Notes under the pieces: generated by a model
Databases searched by the model: none
The model's input: the letters and a program-made list of their open reading frames with translations, nothing else
What the model was told of the DNA's origin: nothing
Assembly: GCF_001306055.1 (NCBI RefSeq)
Contig: NZ_LGHJ01000029.1
Coordinates: 44,683 to 76,682 of the forward strand
Reading direction: 5' to 3'
DNA length: 32,000 nucleotides
Source of the DNA: Bellilinea caldifistulae
GTDB lineage: Bacteria; Chloroflexota; Anaerolineae; Anaerolineales; Anaerolineaceae
Part shown: positions 7,659 to 15,670 of the stretch, piece after piece
Layout: each line of letters begins with the position of its first letter
Numbering within the stretch: the stretch's first letter is position 1
Made by a program: the position numbers and the translations under genes

Positions 7659-10247
7659 TTAAGGCCGGTCAATTTCAAAGAGGGGCGAAGTCCATGTTTC
7701 CCAATGAGCAGGGTTATTTGGATCTCCCAGTGCTTTGAGGACGGAAATTTTTACATAGTAAATGCCATCCGGCACTTCAAACACACTGGAACCCGCGTAA
7801 GTAAATCCATCAAATGGCATGGCGAAGAAACCGGTAGCAGAGCTGTTCCGTGGCAGGTATGAGTCGTCATACGCATTATACCAGTAGCGGTCCGGCCCCT
7901 TTTCCATCTTCTGATAGACTTCCATCTTGAATCTGCGAGATTGATGGTCGAAATGAACCAGGAAGTAAGGAATGTCATCATCCTCCATAGAAAACCACCA
8001 ATCAAAATCACCAAGTTTGTAAAAGCTGCCTTCAAAGAGCACTGACAGCCATGGGAAGCCATAAACCGTCGGTTCCAATACTCGAATGGACTGGTAATCA
8101 CCAATAAAACCAGCATAAGGTACCCGATTTACTTTCCCATCTTCCGAGGTCAAGACGATATAACCGCCATATTGGCCGTTGAGTGGAGCAACCGGCGGTG
8201 TGATGGTTACATTTACCCGTGCTTTGCTCTTCGGGGCAACTTTTATTTCATTGGTGCTGAAAGCCACTGATGCAAAATTTGCATTGAATGAGGGGGTGAA
8301 TGTGTTTCCATGAGTACCCAATGCAGGTTGATGCGATAGGCTGAATGTAACCGTCGTATTTCCCTCGTTGGCAACTGTAATCGTCCTGACCGCCGGGCCG
8401 GTTTCACTCTCACCCAACGCCAGTTTGGAAGGTTCAACCCTCACCGTAGAAAGGATGGCTTGTGGAATATCCAGCATGCCTGCCCCTTGGCGATGGACAT
8501 TATCCAGAAAGCCCAACCCTGGATTTCCCCACCACACTGCTGGATCAGCTGTATTTTGGAAAATCGTTCTTACCACCCCAGCGGGCAAATTGGGACGTGC
8601 CTGCAAAAGAAGAGCAGCTGCCCCAGCCACATGAGGGGAAGCCATCGAAGTTCCACTCAGGGTTGCATAACCACCTTGCTCAAGCGGGTAGGTGGAGTAA
8701 ATCAACCCGCCCGGAGCCCCAATATCTGGTTTTACGTTAAGATCAGGGGATAAGCCGTACGAGCTAAAAGAAGAGATCAAACCTCCGGTTGGATTAGGGA
8801 ATGAGTCTTGTTGTGCTGTCCAGGTCAGGAATACCTCACCGCTTGCGAGCCGCGAATCGATAAGAGCACCTTCGGTATTGGAAATCGTAACCACCGGAAT
8901 GGTAATTGCGGGCGTACCTGCCACGGTTGCGCTGAATCTGCCGGCAGTGTTGTTATAAATGACCACTCCGATCGCACCGGCATTCATGGCATTCAACGAT
9001 TTTACATGGAAAGTACAACCACCCCGGCGAATGAGGGCAATTTTTCCATCCAGACTATTCGCAGGAAGGGCAGAACAGGCATCTGCATTGGAAGCCACTG
9101 TTCCCGTCCGTGCCATGGGGAAGGTGCCCGAAGTGGGGGGTTCTGGAGCAGAAGAAGCAACTCCGAAGCCAATCGGAGTATCATCCGGGCTGATCAAGAA
9201 CAACCTCAGAAAGATTTCGGTGTTGTCGAAGGAAGCCACCCCAATCACCTGATTGCCTAACCCCGGCGCACCAGCGGAATACACCCCATTAGCGCCGCTA
9301 TTACCAATCGAAGCCACCACAACCATGCCACGTTTGACCAACCGATCGGCTGCCTGGGCAGTAGGGTATTGCGGCCACTGGAATGCAGACCCAATGCTCA
9401 TATTCAGAACCTGCATACCGTCATCCAAAGCCCGTTCCATTGCCATCAGCATTATATCGGCAGTCGTGGATCCCTCGCAACCAAACACTCGATATGCCCC
9501 AAACATCACATCCGGCGCAACGCCCTTAATCGCACCGTTTGCCCCAATGATACCGGCTACATGAGTACCATGTCCATTGCAATCATCGGGAATAGGATCC
9601 GGTTGAGGCACGGGATTGTAAGTGGGGCTGGTTGAATCGGCATTGAAAGCATCACCCACGAAGTCATATCCGGTAAAGACCCGGCAACCTGGCCCAAAAC
9701 AGCCGCCCAGGTCAGGATGATCAAAGTCAACACCTGTATCCATTACCGCAACTTTGACCCCTTTGCCGGTAAAGCCCAGCTCGCTCTGAGCAATATCTGC
9801 GCCGGTCATAGCCAAAGCGCTGACCAGTTCCGGGCTGGGATTTTCAACCGGTTCTGGTAAGGTGTAGGTTTCAACCGGGTAAATTGCTTTCACGCCCGGA
9901 ATGCGGAATAATTTTGGCAGCTCAGCAGGGCTGATTTCAATAGCGATGCCATTCCACAGTTTATCGTAGGCAAATCTTTCGCTAAACTCCAACCCGGCTC
10001 GTTCTGCCTTCACCCGAAAGGATTGTTTTTCGGCCTGGATTGTGGTTAGACGTCCACCATCAGCCGTGGGTAAACCATTGAATTCAACAAACCACAGATG
10101 CGGGGTTTCATCAACCATTGCACCGGTTTCGGTGGAATATACCGGAAACAATGGCTCTACCGTTCCATCGTCTGCGATTGCAGGTGAAATCATGGTAAAT
10201 AACATGACCACAATCAACAACCCTGGAAAGAAAAATTTTCTGAACAT
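7659..10247 (-). CDS. secreted subtilisin-like serine protease (peptidase S8) with PA-domain insert and C-terminal beta-sandwich domains
   Basis: Signal peptide MFRKFFFPGLLIVVMLFTMISPAIA. Catalytic triad motifs VAVMDTGVD, HGTHVAGIIG and SGTSMASPHVAGAAALL. PA-like insert GKIALIRRGGCTFHVKSLNAMNAGAIGVVIYNN. SD GGAGG lies before the ATG. Confidence 0.93.
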   Translation of the reverse strand: MFRKFFFPGLLIVVMLFTMISPAIADDGTVEPLFPVYSTETGAMVDETPHLWFVEFNGLPTADGGRLTTIQAEKQSFRVKAERAGLEFSERFAYDKLWNGIAIEISPAELPKLFRIPGVKAIYPVETYTLPEPVENPSPELVSALAMTGADIAQSELGFTGKGVKVAVMDTGVDFDHPDLGGCFGPGCRVFTGYDFVGDAFNADSTSPTYNPVPQPDPIPDDCNGHGTHVAGIIGANGAIKGVAPDVMFGAYRVFGCEGSTTADIMLMAMERALDDGMQVLNMSIGSAFQWPQYPTAQAADRLVKRGMVVVASIGNSGANGVYSAGAPGLGNQVIGVASFDNTEIFLRLFLISPDDTPIGFGVASSAPEPPTSGTFPMARTGTVASNADACSALPANSLDGKIALIRRGGCTFHVKSLNAMNAGAIGVVIYNNTAGRFSATVAGTPAITIPVVTISNTEGALIDSRLASGEVFLTWTAQQDSFPNPTGGLISSFSSYGLSPDLNVKPDIGAPGGLIYSTYPLEQGGYATLSGTSMASPHVAGAAALLLQARPNLPAGVVRTIFQNTADPAVWWGNPGLGFLDNVHRQGAGMLDIPQAILSTVRVEPSKLALGESETGPAVRTITVANEGNTTVTFSLSHQPALGTHGNTFTPSFNANFASVAFSTNEIKVAPKSKARVNVTITPPVAPLNGQYGGYIVLTSEDGKVNRVPYAGFIGDYQSIRVLEPTVYGFPWLSVLFEGSFYKLGDFDWWFSMEDDDIPYFLVHFDHQSRRFKMEVYQKMEKGPDRYWYNAYDDSYLPRNSSATGFFAMPFDGFTYAGSSVFEVPDGIYYVKISVLKALGDPNNPAHWETWTSPLFEIDRP

Positions 10248-10336
10248 TGTTCCTCCTGCAGCAAAAATTATTTTTTAAGAAGGGATTTCTTGGGGAAATC
10301 TGAATTTGTCGGGTTGAATCACCTCCCTTTCTTCTT

Positions 10337-10445
10337 CACAAAACAAGACTGCCTGAGTATGGGTATACTTTCGGCAGTCTGGCGATCTGATTATCTCAGA
10401 CCCATAACTTTGCGCCCTCATCTCGCGATGAGTTTGCCATTTTCG
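10337..10445 (-). promoter_or_regulatory. candidate c-di-GMP-I (GEMM-I) riboswitch aptamer plus intrinsic-terminator expression platform in the protease leader
   Basis: Minus-strand RNA reads GGCAAAC-UCAUC-GCGA-GAUGA-G-GGCGCAAAG-UUAUG-GGUCUGA-GAUAA-UCAGAUC-GCCAGACUGCC. This matches the remembered GEMM-I core of the Vc2 RNA: GGCAAAC, a stem, a GNRA loop, the stem again, GACGCAAAGC, a second hairpin, then a GC-N-R-G-R-Y-U-R-CC segment. Next comes the hairpin AGACUGCC-GAA-AGUAU-ACCC-AUACU-CA-GGCAGUCU followed by UGUUUUGUG. The 5' arm of that hairpin overlaps the 3' conserved aptamer segment. Confidence 0.6.
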
Positions 10446-10484
10446 GGTATTTAATTGGTGGATATTTATTTATTATCTTTATTC

Positions 10485-10512
10485 ATTTTACATTAATTAT
10501 CAATAAATACAA
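10485..10512 (-). promoter_or_regulatory. putative promoter of the riboswitch-protease transcript (TTGTAT-16 nt-TAAAAT on minus strand)
   Basis: The minus strand reads TTGTAT (10512-10507), a 16-nt spacer, then TAAAAT (10490-10485), in an AT-rich block about 35 nt upstream of the aptamer. Confidence 0.35.
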
Positions 10513-10598
10513 GTCTTAATTGTCGAAATCTTAAATCAACAATTCCAAACCAGTATAATCCTGTCTTCAACTCCCCCTTGTTGATTGCTTGTTTATTC

Positions 10599-11999
10599 TT
10601 ACCTAATGAATTCAGCTGGCATAATAGGTATCACCTTTCGTTCAATTCTGGCCTCCTCGGCCGCAAAAGCCAGCATGTGGCTGAATAAAGCCTCACGGGC
10701 AGCTCGCTTCGCCGTATCCGGGTAGCCCCCCTCCCTTATGTGGGCAACAAACTCTCTCATCAACTGATTGTCTCCCCCCCCATGTCCCTCCCCCGCTGGC
10801 GGACTGGTATCCAGGTAAAGTTTCTTTCGGGTGCGGTGTTCCTCGACAGTTAACCATCCGCCACCATTCCCCAATACGCCCATCAACCTTCCCCTCGTTC
10901 CTTCAATTCTGGTTGATCGGTGTTCCACATGAGAATGACCGTGCATGGTCAATGTCACTGTTGTGCCTTTCTCAAATTGCATGCTGACCACTTGATGATC
11001 TACCACATCGTTATCACAATGGTAAACACATCTTCCGTAAGGACCGTTTCGGATGGCTTCCTCGATTTTTTGGGGTGTCGGGTCTTGAGCGAGAACCGTC
11101 AAAGGCCAGCCCTTATATTCGGTAATCTGTTTAAGAAATGGAAAAAGGGTAGAGAAAGTCTGCACCACCCCGGGATTTTTTATCCACGTTCCAATAATTG
11201 CTTTATGAAAAGAGTTCGTACAGGTTTCACGGTATGAGTACCAGAAAGGCAGCATTTCGAGGTAAATATGAATTGCAGAGTAAGGACACTCCTTCTCAAT
11301 TGGACAACCATCCACACAGCGTTCGGGAGTGTTGACTGGGGCTTTATCTGGGCGAAAATGAGTCAATTCCCCTTTGCTGCTCAGCATGATCGGCCATTGG
11401 CCCAGTACCCAAGGTAAAATATCCAGATCATGGCAGCATTTCGCCAGAATCATCGGGCTGGATTGGCGACTGCTCCTCCAATTTCCCCTCACGTAAGAAT
11501 GAGCCATGTGCCAGAAGGAAACATTCTCGCGGTGATCTACATCAATAATTTCACCCAACACACCCGATTGAACAATCTCGCGCATTTTCCGGGCATATTG
11601 GGTATAACGCAGAACATGACAGATATGCAATTGCCGTTGAGTCCTTTCACTCACCTCAACCAGTTGCTTACATTCCTCCAAGGTGGTTGCCATCGGTTTT
11701 TCAAGCAAGACATGATAGCCTTTATTCATTGCGGCAATTGCCGGTTGGGTGTGCAACCAATCCTGAGTCGCGATAATTGCGGCATCCGCCAGTTGTGGCT
11801 GTTCCATCAACCCTTCCCAGCTTTCATAACACCTTTCTTCAGGGATGGCATGAACGGTAGAAAATTTTCGTCGGCGCTCTTCATTTGGCTCGGCAACGGC
11901 TACAAACTTTAGTTGATCGGGATACCTTAAAGCATAGGGAGCATAGGCTTCTGCCCCGCGCTGACCCGCCCCAATTAAAATGGCTCGTACTGGCTTCAT
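10599..11999 (-). CDS. Gfo/Idh/MocA-family NAD(P)-dependent oxidoreductase, long form with Cys-rich insertion
   Basis: N-terminal Rossmann motif RAILIGAGQRG, then EKPMA. C-terminal GEGHGGGDNQLMREF. ATG at 11997-11999 is preceded by AAGGAGAAG. The longer ORF start at 12050 lacks an SD. Confidence 0.85.
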   Translation of the reverse strand: MKPVRAILIGAGQRGAEAYAPYALRYPDQLKFVAVAEPNEERRRKFSTVHAIPEERCYESWEGLMEQPQLADAAIIATQDWLHTQPAIAAMNKGYHVLLEKPMATTLEECKQLVEVSERTQRQLHICHVLRYTQYARKMREIVQSGVLGEIIDVDHRENVSFWHMAHSYVRGNWRSSRQSSPMILAKCCHDLDILPWVLGQWPIMLSSKGELTHFRPDKAPVNTPERCVDGCPIEKECPYSAIHIYLEMLPFWYSYRETCTNSFHKAIIGTWIKNPGVVQTFSTLFPFLKQITEYKGWPLTVLAQDPTPQKIEEAIRNGPYGRCVYHCDNDVVDHQVVSMQFEKGTTVTLTMHGHSHVEHRSTRIEGTRGRLMGVLGNGGGWLTVEEHRTRKKLYLDTSPPAGEGHGGGDNQLMREFVAHIREGGYPDTAKRAAREALFSHMLAFAAEEARIERKVIPIMPAEFIR

Positions 12000-12134
12000 A
12001 GCGGCTTCTCCTTGAATGATTGAAGAAATTCTAGCACAACCTTTTACCAAAAAAGTTTCATCCCGACGAAGTATGTAATCGGATTCGAGAATAAAATAGG
12101 TGTATATCGTTTACAAAAAAAGGAGCAACCATCC

Positions 12135-12455
12135 ATGTCTGAAATTTCTGCACCCACCGAAGTTGAATTTAATGATTTATACCACCGTCCTCAGCGCATG
12201 ATTCGTGTTGCCAATTGGGCTAACACGCTCTCTTGGGTGGTATTGGTTGTAGTCGGTTTGTTTTTGGTGTTTTTTGTCAGCGCAATTTATGTAACCATCA
12301 CTCAATCATCCAATCTGTTTATCGAATTAATTCCCACCCTTGTTCAGGCATTCTTGATTTTGATACCAGGTTTGTTTTTATTCGTGACACTTCAAGCCGT
12401 CTCCGAAGGCATTTATATCCTGATGGATATCGAGGAAAACACCAGAGGTAAATGA
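12135..12455 (+). CDS. hypothetical small membrane protein (106 aa, 2 TM)
   Basis: SD GGAG lies about 10 nt upstream of the ATG. Two long hydrophobic helices. No family recognised. Confidence 0.55.
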   Translation: MSEISAPTEVEFNDLYHRPQRMIRVANWANTLSWVVLVVVGLFLVFFVSAIYVTITQSSNLFIELIPTLVQAFLILIPGLFLFVTLQAVSEGIYILMDIEENTRGK

Positions 12456-12460
12456 ATTCA

Positions 12461-14311
12461 TCACAGCACAGCATCACCATATTTTTGTTCAACCAGATCC
12501 TTCAATCCCAACTCTTCTAACTTCCAGAGGAAAGGATAACCGCTCATTCTATCCCATCCGCTGTACCGATAATATTCTTCCAGCATGGTTGAGAGATCCG
12601 GAATGTTGCCTTCCTGGCCGCCGTCCAGAAGAGGTTGGAGGAGCAATCTGGGTAATCTTTCGTTTTCCGGTTTCCAGCCCAATTTCAGGTTATAAAGCCG
12701 CTTCATGTTCCACGCCCGCTCCCCGGCTTTGAGCATGGTTGTCATGTCCCAATCCCAACCCATTGCTGCATTAAGCAACTCTAAAATTTCGCCCGGTGAA
12801 ACAACCGCAAAATAGCAGGTCGTCAGGCTGTTGCACACCGTCCGCCAGTGTTGATGACGAGCAACCTGTTCTCCTTTACCCACAGGACTGAATCGGTCGG
12901 TAAAACCGATTCCGATCTCATCCACCGTACCGCCCAAACCAACATTGAAGTAATCACTCTGGTTATGGCATGCTCCGCGCGGTGAGGTCACATAAGCCAG
13001 CGCCTGCCCGGAAAAAGCCCGCGGGTCGTGCATTGCCACATCCAACCCATTCACTTGAACGGCTAAATCTTCATCACCGTAGGCCGTGGCCAGCGCTTTA
13101 CTGCCTTGAGCAAGCAAATTGCCTAAACCCTCTTTGGTTGCCATTTGCCTAAGCAGGGAAAAACAGGGCTCAGGATCTCCCCAGCGAAGTACTAGCCCAC
13201 CGCTATCCTTTGTGGTCAATTTACCTTGGCCATAAAGCAAATAAGCCAGGGCAATCACATTCCCAGCCGTAATTGTATCCATTCCCAATCGATCACACAG
13301 ATCACCCAGCGCAGTGATCGCCGCCAGATCATCCACCATCAATTGGGAACCGAAGGAGCAAATGGTTTCATACTCCGGTCCCTTCACAACCCCATTGGTT
13401 GGAAAACTTCCCTGCTCAATTTCCACTTCACGCCCGCAAGAAATCACACAACCCTGACAGGCCGTTGTCCCTCTTAAGATCGTTTCAGCCATGGTCGCCC
13501 CGCTGATCTTGTCGGCTCCTTCAAATCTGGCCGCAGTCCAGTATTTTTGGGGCATATCTCCAAGGTATTGCAGATACTCCGCACCTCCCGAAGTCCCGGT
13601 GGAGCGGAGCACTGCCGTCATATTCTGTTCGAGCAGTCGTTTGTTGGAAGCCACCCTTAACTTACGATATTCCTCATCACGCTCCATCACCAATCGTTGA
13701 GTACCCCGCACAGCTACCGCTTTCAATTTTTTGGAGCCCATTAGGGCTCCCATACCGGTGCGTGCAGCCAGCCTCCCATGGTCAGAAAGAATGCCGGCAA
13801 ACGGAACAAGATTTTCTCCTGCCAGACCAATGCAGGCAACCTTTACCTGTGGTATTCCGACTTCCCGGCGAATAATCTCCTGAGTCTGGTATGTATCTGC
13901 CTTTCCCCATAAATGCTCGGCAGAGCGAATTTCGATTTGATCATTGTAAATCCAGAGATAAACCGGCCGATCTGATACGCCCTCAATCCATAAAAAATCA
14001 ATCCCGGCAAAACGCAGTTCCGGCCCCACAAATCCGCCTATGTTGGATTCTCCCCACCAGCCCGTTTGCGGTGAACGCCCGCAAATCGTAAAACGCCCGG
14101 TGGTTGGCCCGGCAGTACCGGTCAGCGGACCGGTGGCAAACAACAATGGACTGCCCGGGTCAAGCGGTGAACGATTCACATCCAGCCGATCCCACAAAAG
14201 CCTGGCTGCCAAACCCGACGCCCCAATGAAACCCTCAATCCATTCAGGAGGAATTTGCTCTCTCCGAATCTGGCCATTGCTCAGATTGATTTTGACCATT
14301 TTTCCATACAT
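12461..14311 (-). CDS. aor: aldehyde:ferredoxin oxidoreductase (tungstopterin AOR family)
   Basis: AOR N-terminal MYGKMVKINLSNG...IGASGLAARLLW. The 4Fe-4S ligand motif CQGCVISC plus the later RGACHNQ. GMDTITAGNVIA. ATG at 14309-14311 is preceded by AAGGAGAG, which overlaps the ADH stop. Confidence 0.9.
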   Translation of the reverse strand: MYGKMVKINLSNGQIRREQIPPEWIEGFIGASGLAARLLWDRLDVNRSPLDPGSPLLFATGPLTGTAGPTTGRFTICGRSPQTGWWGESNIGGFVGPELRFAGIDFLWIEGVSDRPVYLWIYNDQIEIRSAEHLWGKADTYQTQEIIRREVGIPQVKVACIGLAGENLVPFAGILSDHGRLAARTGMGALMGSKKLKAVAVRGTQRLVMERDEEYRKLRVASNKRLLEQNMTAVLRSTGTSGGAEYLQYLGDMPQKYWTAARFEGADKISGATMAETILRGTTACQGCVISCGREVEIEQGSFPTNGVVKGPEYETICSFGSQLMVDDLAAITALGDLCDRLGMDTITAGNVIALAYLLYGQGKLTTKDSGGLVLRWGDPEPCFSLLRQMATKEGLGNLLAQGSKALATAYGDEDLAVQVNGLDVAMHDPRAFSGQALAYVTSPRGACHNQSDYFNVGLGGTVDEIGIGFTDRFSPVGKGEQVARHQHWRTVCNSLTTCYFAVVSPGEILELLNAAMGWDWDMTTMLKAGERAWNMKRLYNLKLGWKPENERLPRLLLQPLLDGGQEGNIPDLSTMLEEYYRYSGWDRMSGYPFLWKLEELGLKDLVEQKYGDAVL

Positions 14312-14324
14312 AGATGTGCTCTCC

Positions 14325-15488
14325 TTAGAAATCAATCGTTTTTCCCTCAAAAGCATATTGAAACAACCATCGCAGTTCCTGATCATCCGGAATTCGGGTG
14401 GACATAATCGTTTGGGTATCATTTAAGGCATTTTCCACTAAAAGTTCCATTTCGGCTTCCAGAGCCGCTCGGTCAATTCCCAAATCGGCAATACATAGAG
14501 GTTGATTGAGATCTTCCTCCAGTTTCCGTACCCTGGATGCCAAAATTGCAGCAGCTTGCTTTTCGTTTTCAGCGGGCAACCCAATAAACCGGCTGAGTTC
14601 CAGATAGCGGGTGCCGCCTTCGGGTGAGTTTGCACAAAACTCGATTGTATAAGGCAAAAACAAAGACACCGCTCTGCCATGAGGCACATGAAAAACCGCT
14701 CCTAAAGCATGTCCCAGCCCATGTGCCAGGGCTGCCATTGAGTTGCCGAACCCCAGCCTGGCAATCGTCGCGGCGTAGTGCATCTTCTCTCTGGCAGCTT
14801 GATCTCCAAAATAGGCTCTGGGTAAGTACTCAAAAACCATTTTTGCAGCATATACGCACAATCCATCGGTAAAGTCATTATGATAGGTTGAAGTGAATCC
14901 TTCAATGGCGTGGGTCAGCGCATCCAAGCCGGTATCAGCCGAGATTCGGGCTGGCAAGTCTCTAATCAGCTGTGGGTCTATAATGGCAATGTCCGGAACA
15001 ACCTCGCGACTACCCAGCCCCAGTTTCCGCCGCGACTGGTGATCAGACAGGACAACTGCCCAGGTAACCTCGGCCCCGGTGCCGGATGTTGTGGGGATTG
15101 CCACTAAACGGGCTTTTTGGCGCAAGCCATAAAATTCGATCGGGTTAATCGCGTCCGGTTGGACATCCGGCCGGGCATACAAAACCCACATTCCTTTGGC
15201 GGCATCAATGACCGAGCCTCCTCCAATGGCTATAATCCAATCTGGCTGAAAATCGAACATTCGTTGTGCCCCGCGTTTCACCGTCTCCAGGTCTGGATCG
15301 GGTTGCACCTCATCGAATATATCCATCTGCATGCCGGTATTCTTCAATTGCTCGAAAACCAATTGCACCAGACCCAGGCGGTTCAGGGTCACATCGGAAA
15401 CAATCATGGCTTTTGAACCGGTCAAAGAAGCCAGATGAGAAAGAGCATCTTCACCAAATACAATGAGCGGCGAGGAAAAATACCACAT
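14325..15488 (-). CDS. iron-containing (group III) alcohol dehydrogenase
   Basis: GGGSVIDAAKG nucleotide motif. Metal-ligand histidines in HAIEGF and HGLGHALGAVFHVPHG. SD GGGAGG lies upstream. Confidence 0.9.
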   Translation of the reverse strand: MWYFSSPLIVFGEDALSHLASLTGSKAMIVSDVTLNRLGLVQLVFEQLKNTGMQMDIFDEVQPDPDLETVKRGAQRMFDFQPDWIIAIGGGSVIDAAKGMWVLYARPDVQPDAINPIEFYGLRQKARLVAIPTTSGTGAEVTWAVVLSDHQSRRKLGLGSREVVPDIAIIDPQLIRDLPARISADTGLDALTHAIEGFTSTYHNDFTDGLCVYAAKMVFEYLPRAYFGDQAAREKMHYAATIARLGFGNSMAALAHGLGHALGAVFHVPHGRAVSLFLPYTIEFCANSPEGGTRYLELSRFIGLPAENEKQAAAILASRVRKLEEDLNQPLCIADLGIDRAALEAEMELLVENALNDTQTIMSTRIPDDQELRWLFQYAFEGKTIDF

Positions 15489-15593
15489 ATCGGATAACCT
15501 CCCATTCCATCCTAAAGGTTTTGTGATTAATCATACTTTCGATTAGAAAGATTCACCAGAAATTTTTATAAGAAAGTTATAAAACAATATTCA

Positions 15594-15622
15594 TTGATTT
15601 ATTCGATGAAAATATTCATAAT
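15594..15622 (+). promoter_or_regulatory. putative promoter of the orphan secreted protein gene (TTGATT-17 nt-CATAAT)
   Basis: TTGATT at 15594-15599, a 17-nt spacer, then CATAAT at 15617-15622, about 50 nt upstream of the ATG at 15671. Confidence 0.35.
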
Positions 15623-15670
15623 ACTAAGAGCGGCGGAATACAAGAGTAAAGTCTTCTTAAGGAGAAAATA

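Noticed and set aside
7480-7662. 60-aa plus-strand ORF in the tsaC-protease spacer
   Set aside because: It starts at a TTG and the only SD-like motif lies inside the ORF. It also reads straight through the 22-bp perfect terminator palindrome. The composition looks non-coding.
8368-9635. Cluster of 88-150-aa plus-strand ORFs antisense to the S8 protease gene
   Set aside because: These are shadow ORFs inside a gene with an unambiguous catalytic triad on the other strand. They are Arg/Pro/Ser-rich low-complexity translations with no start signals. The same applies to the antisense ORFs inside the APC permease, AOR, oxidoreductase, GH13 and GT4 genes.
10534-10586. 9-bp inverted repeat (aatcaacaa / ttgttgatt) just after the oxidoreductase stop
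   Set aside because: The 35-nt loop and absence of a U-tract make it a poor intrinsic terminator. I could not assign a function, so it is not called as a feature.
14312-14422. 37-codon N-terminal extension of the AOR ORF overlapping the ADH gene
   Set aside because: The AOR-family N-terminus begins at MYGKMVKINL. That ATG (14311) has its own AAGGAGAG. The extension is not AOR-like and would overlap the ADH gene by 98 nt.
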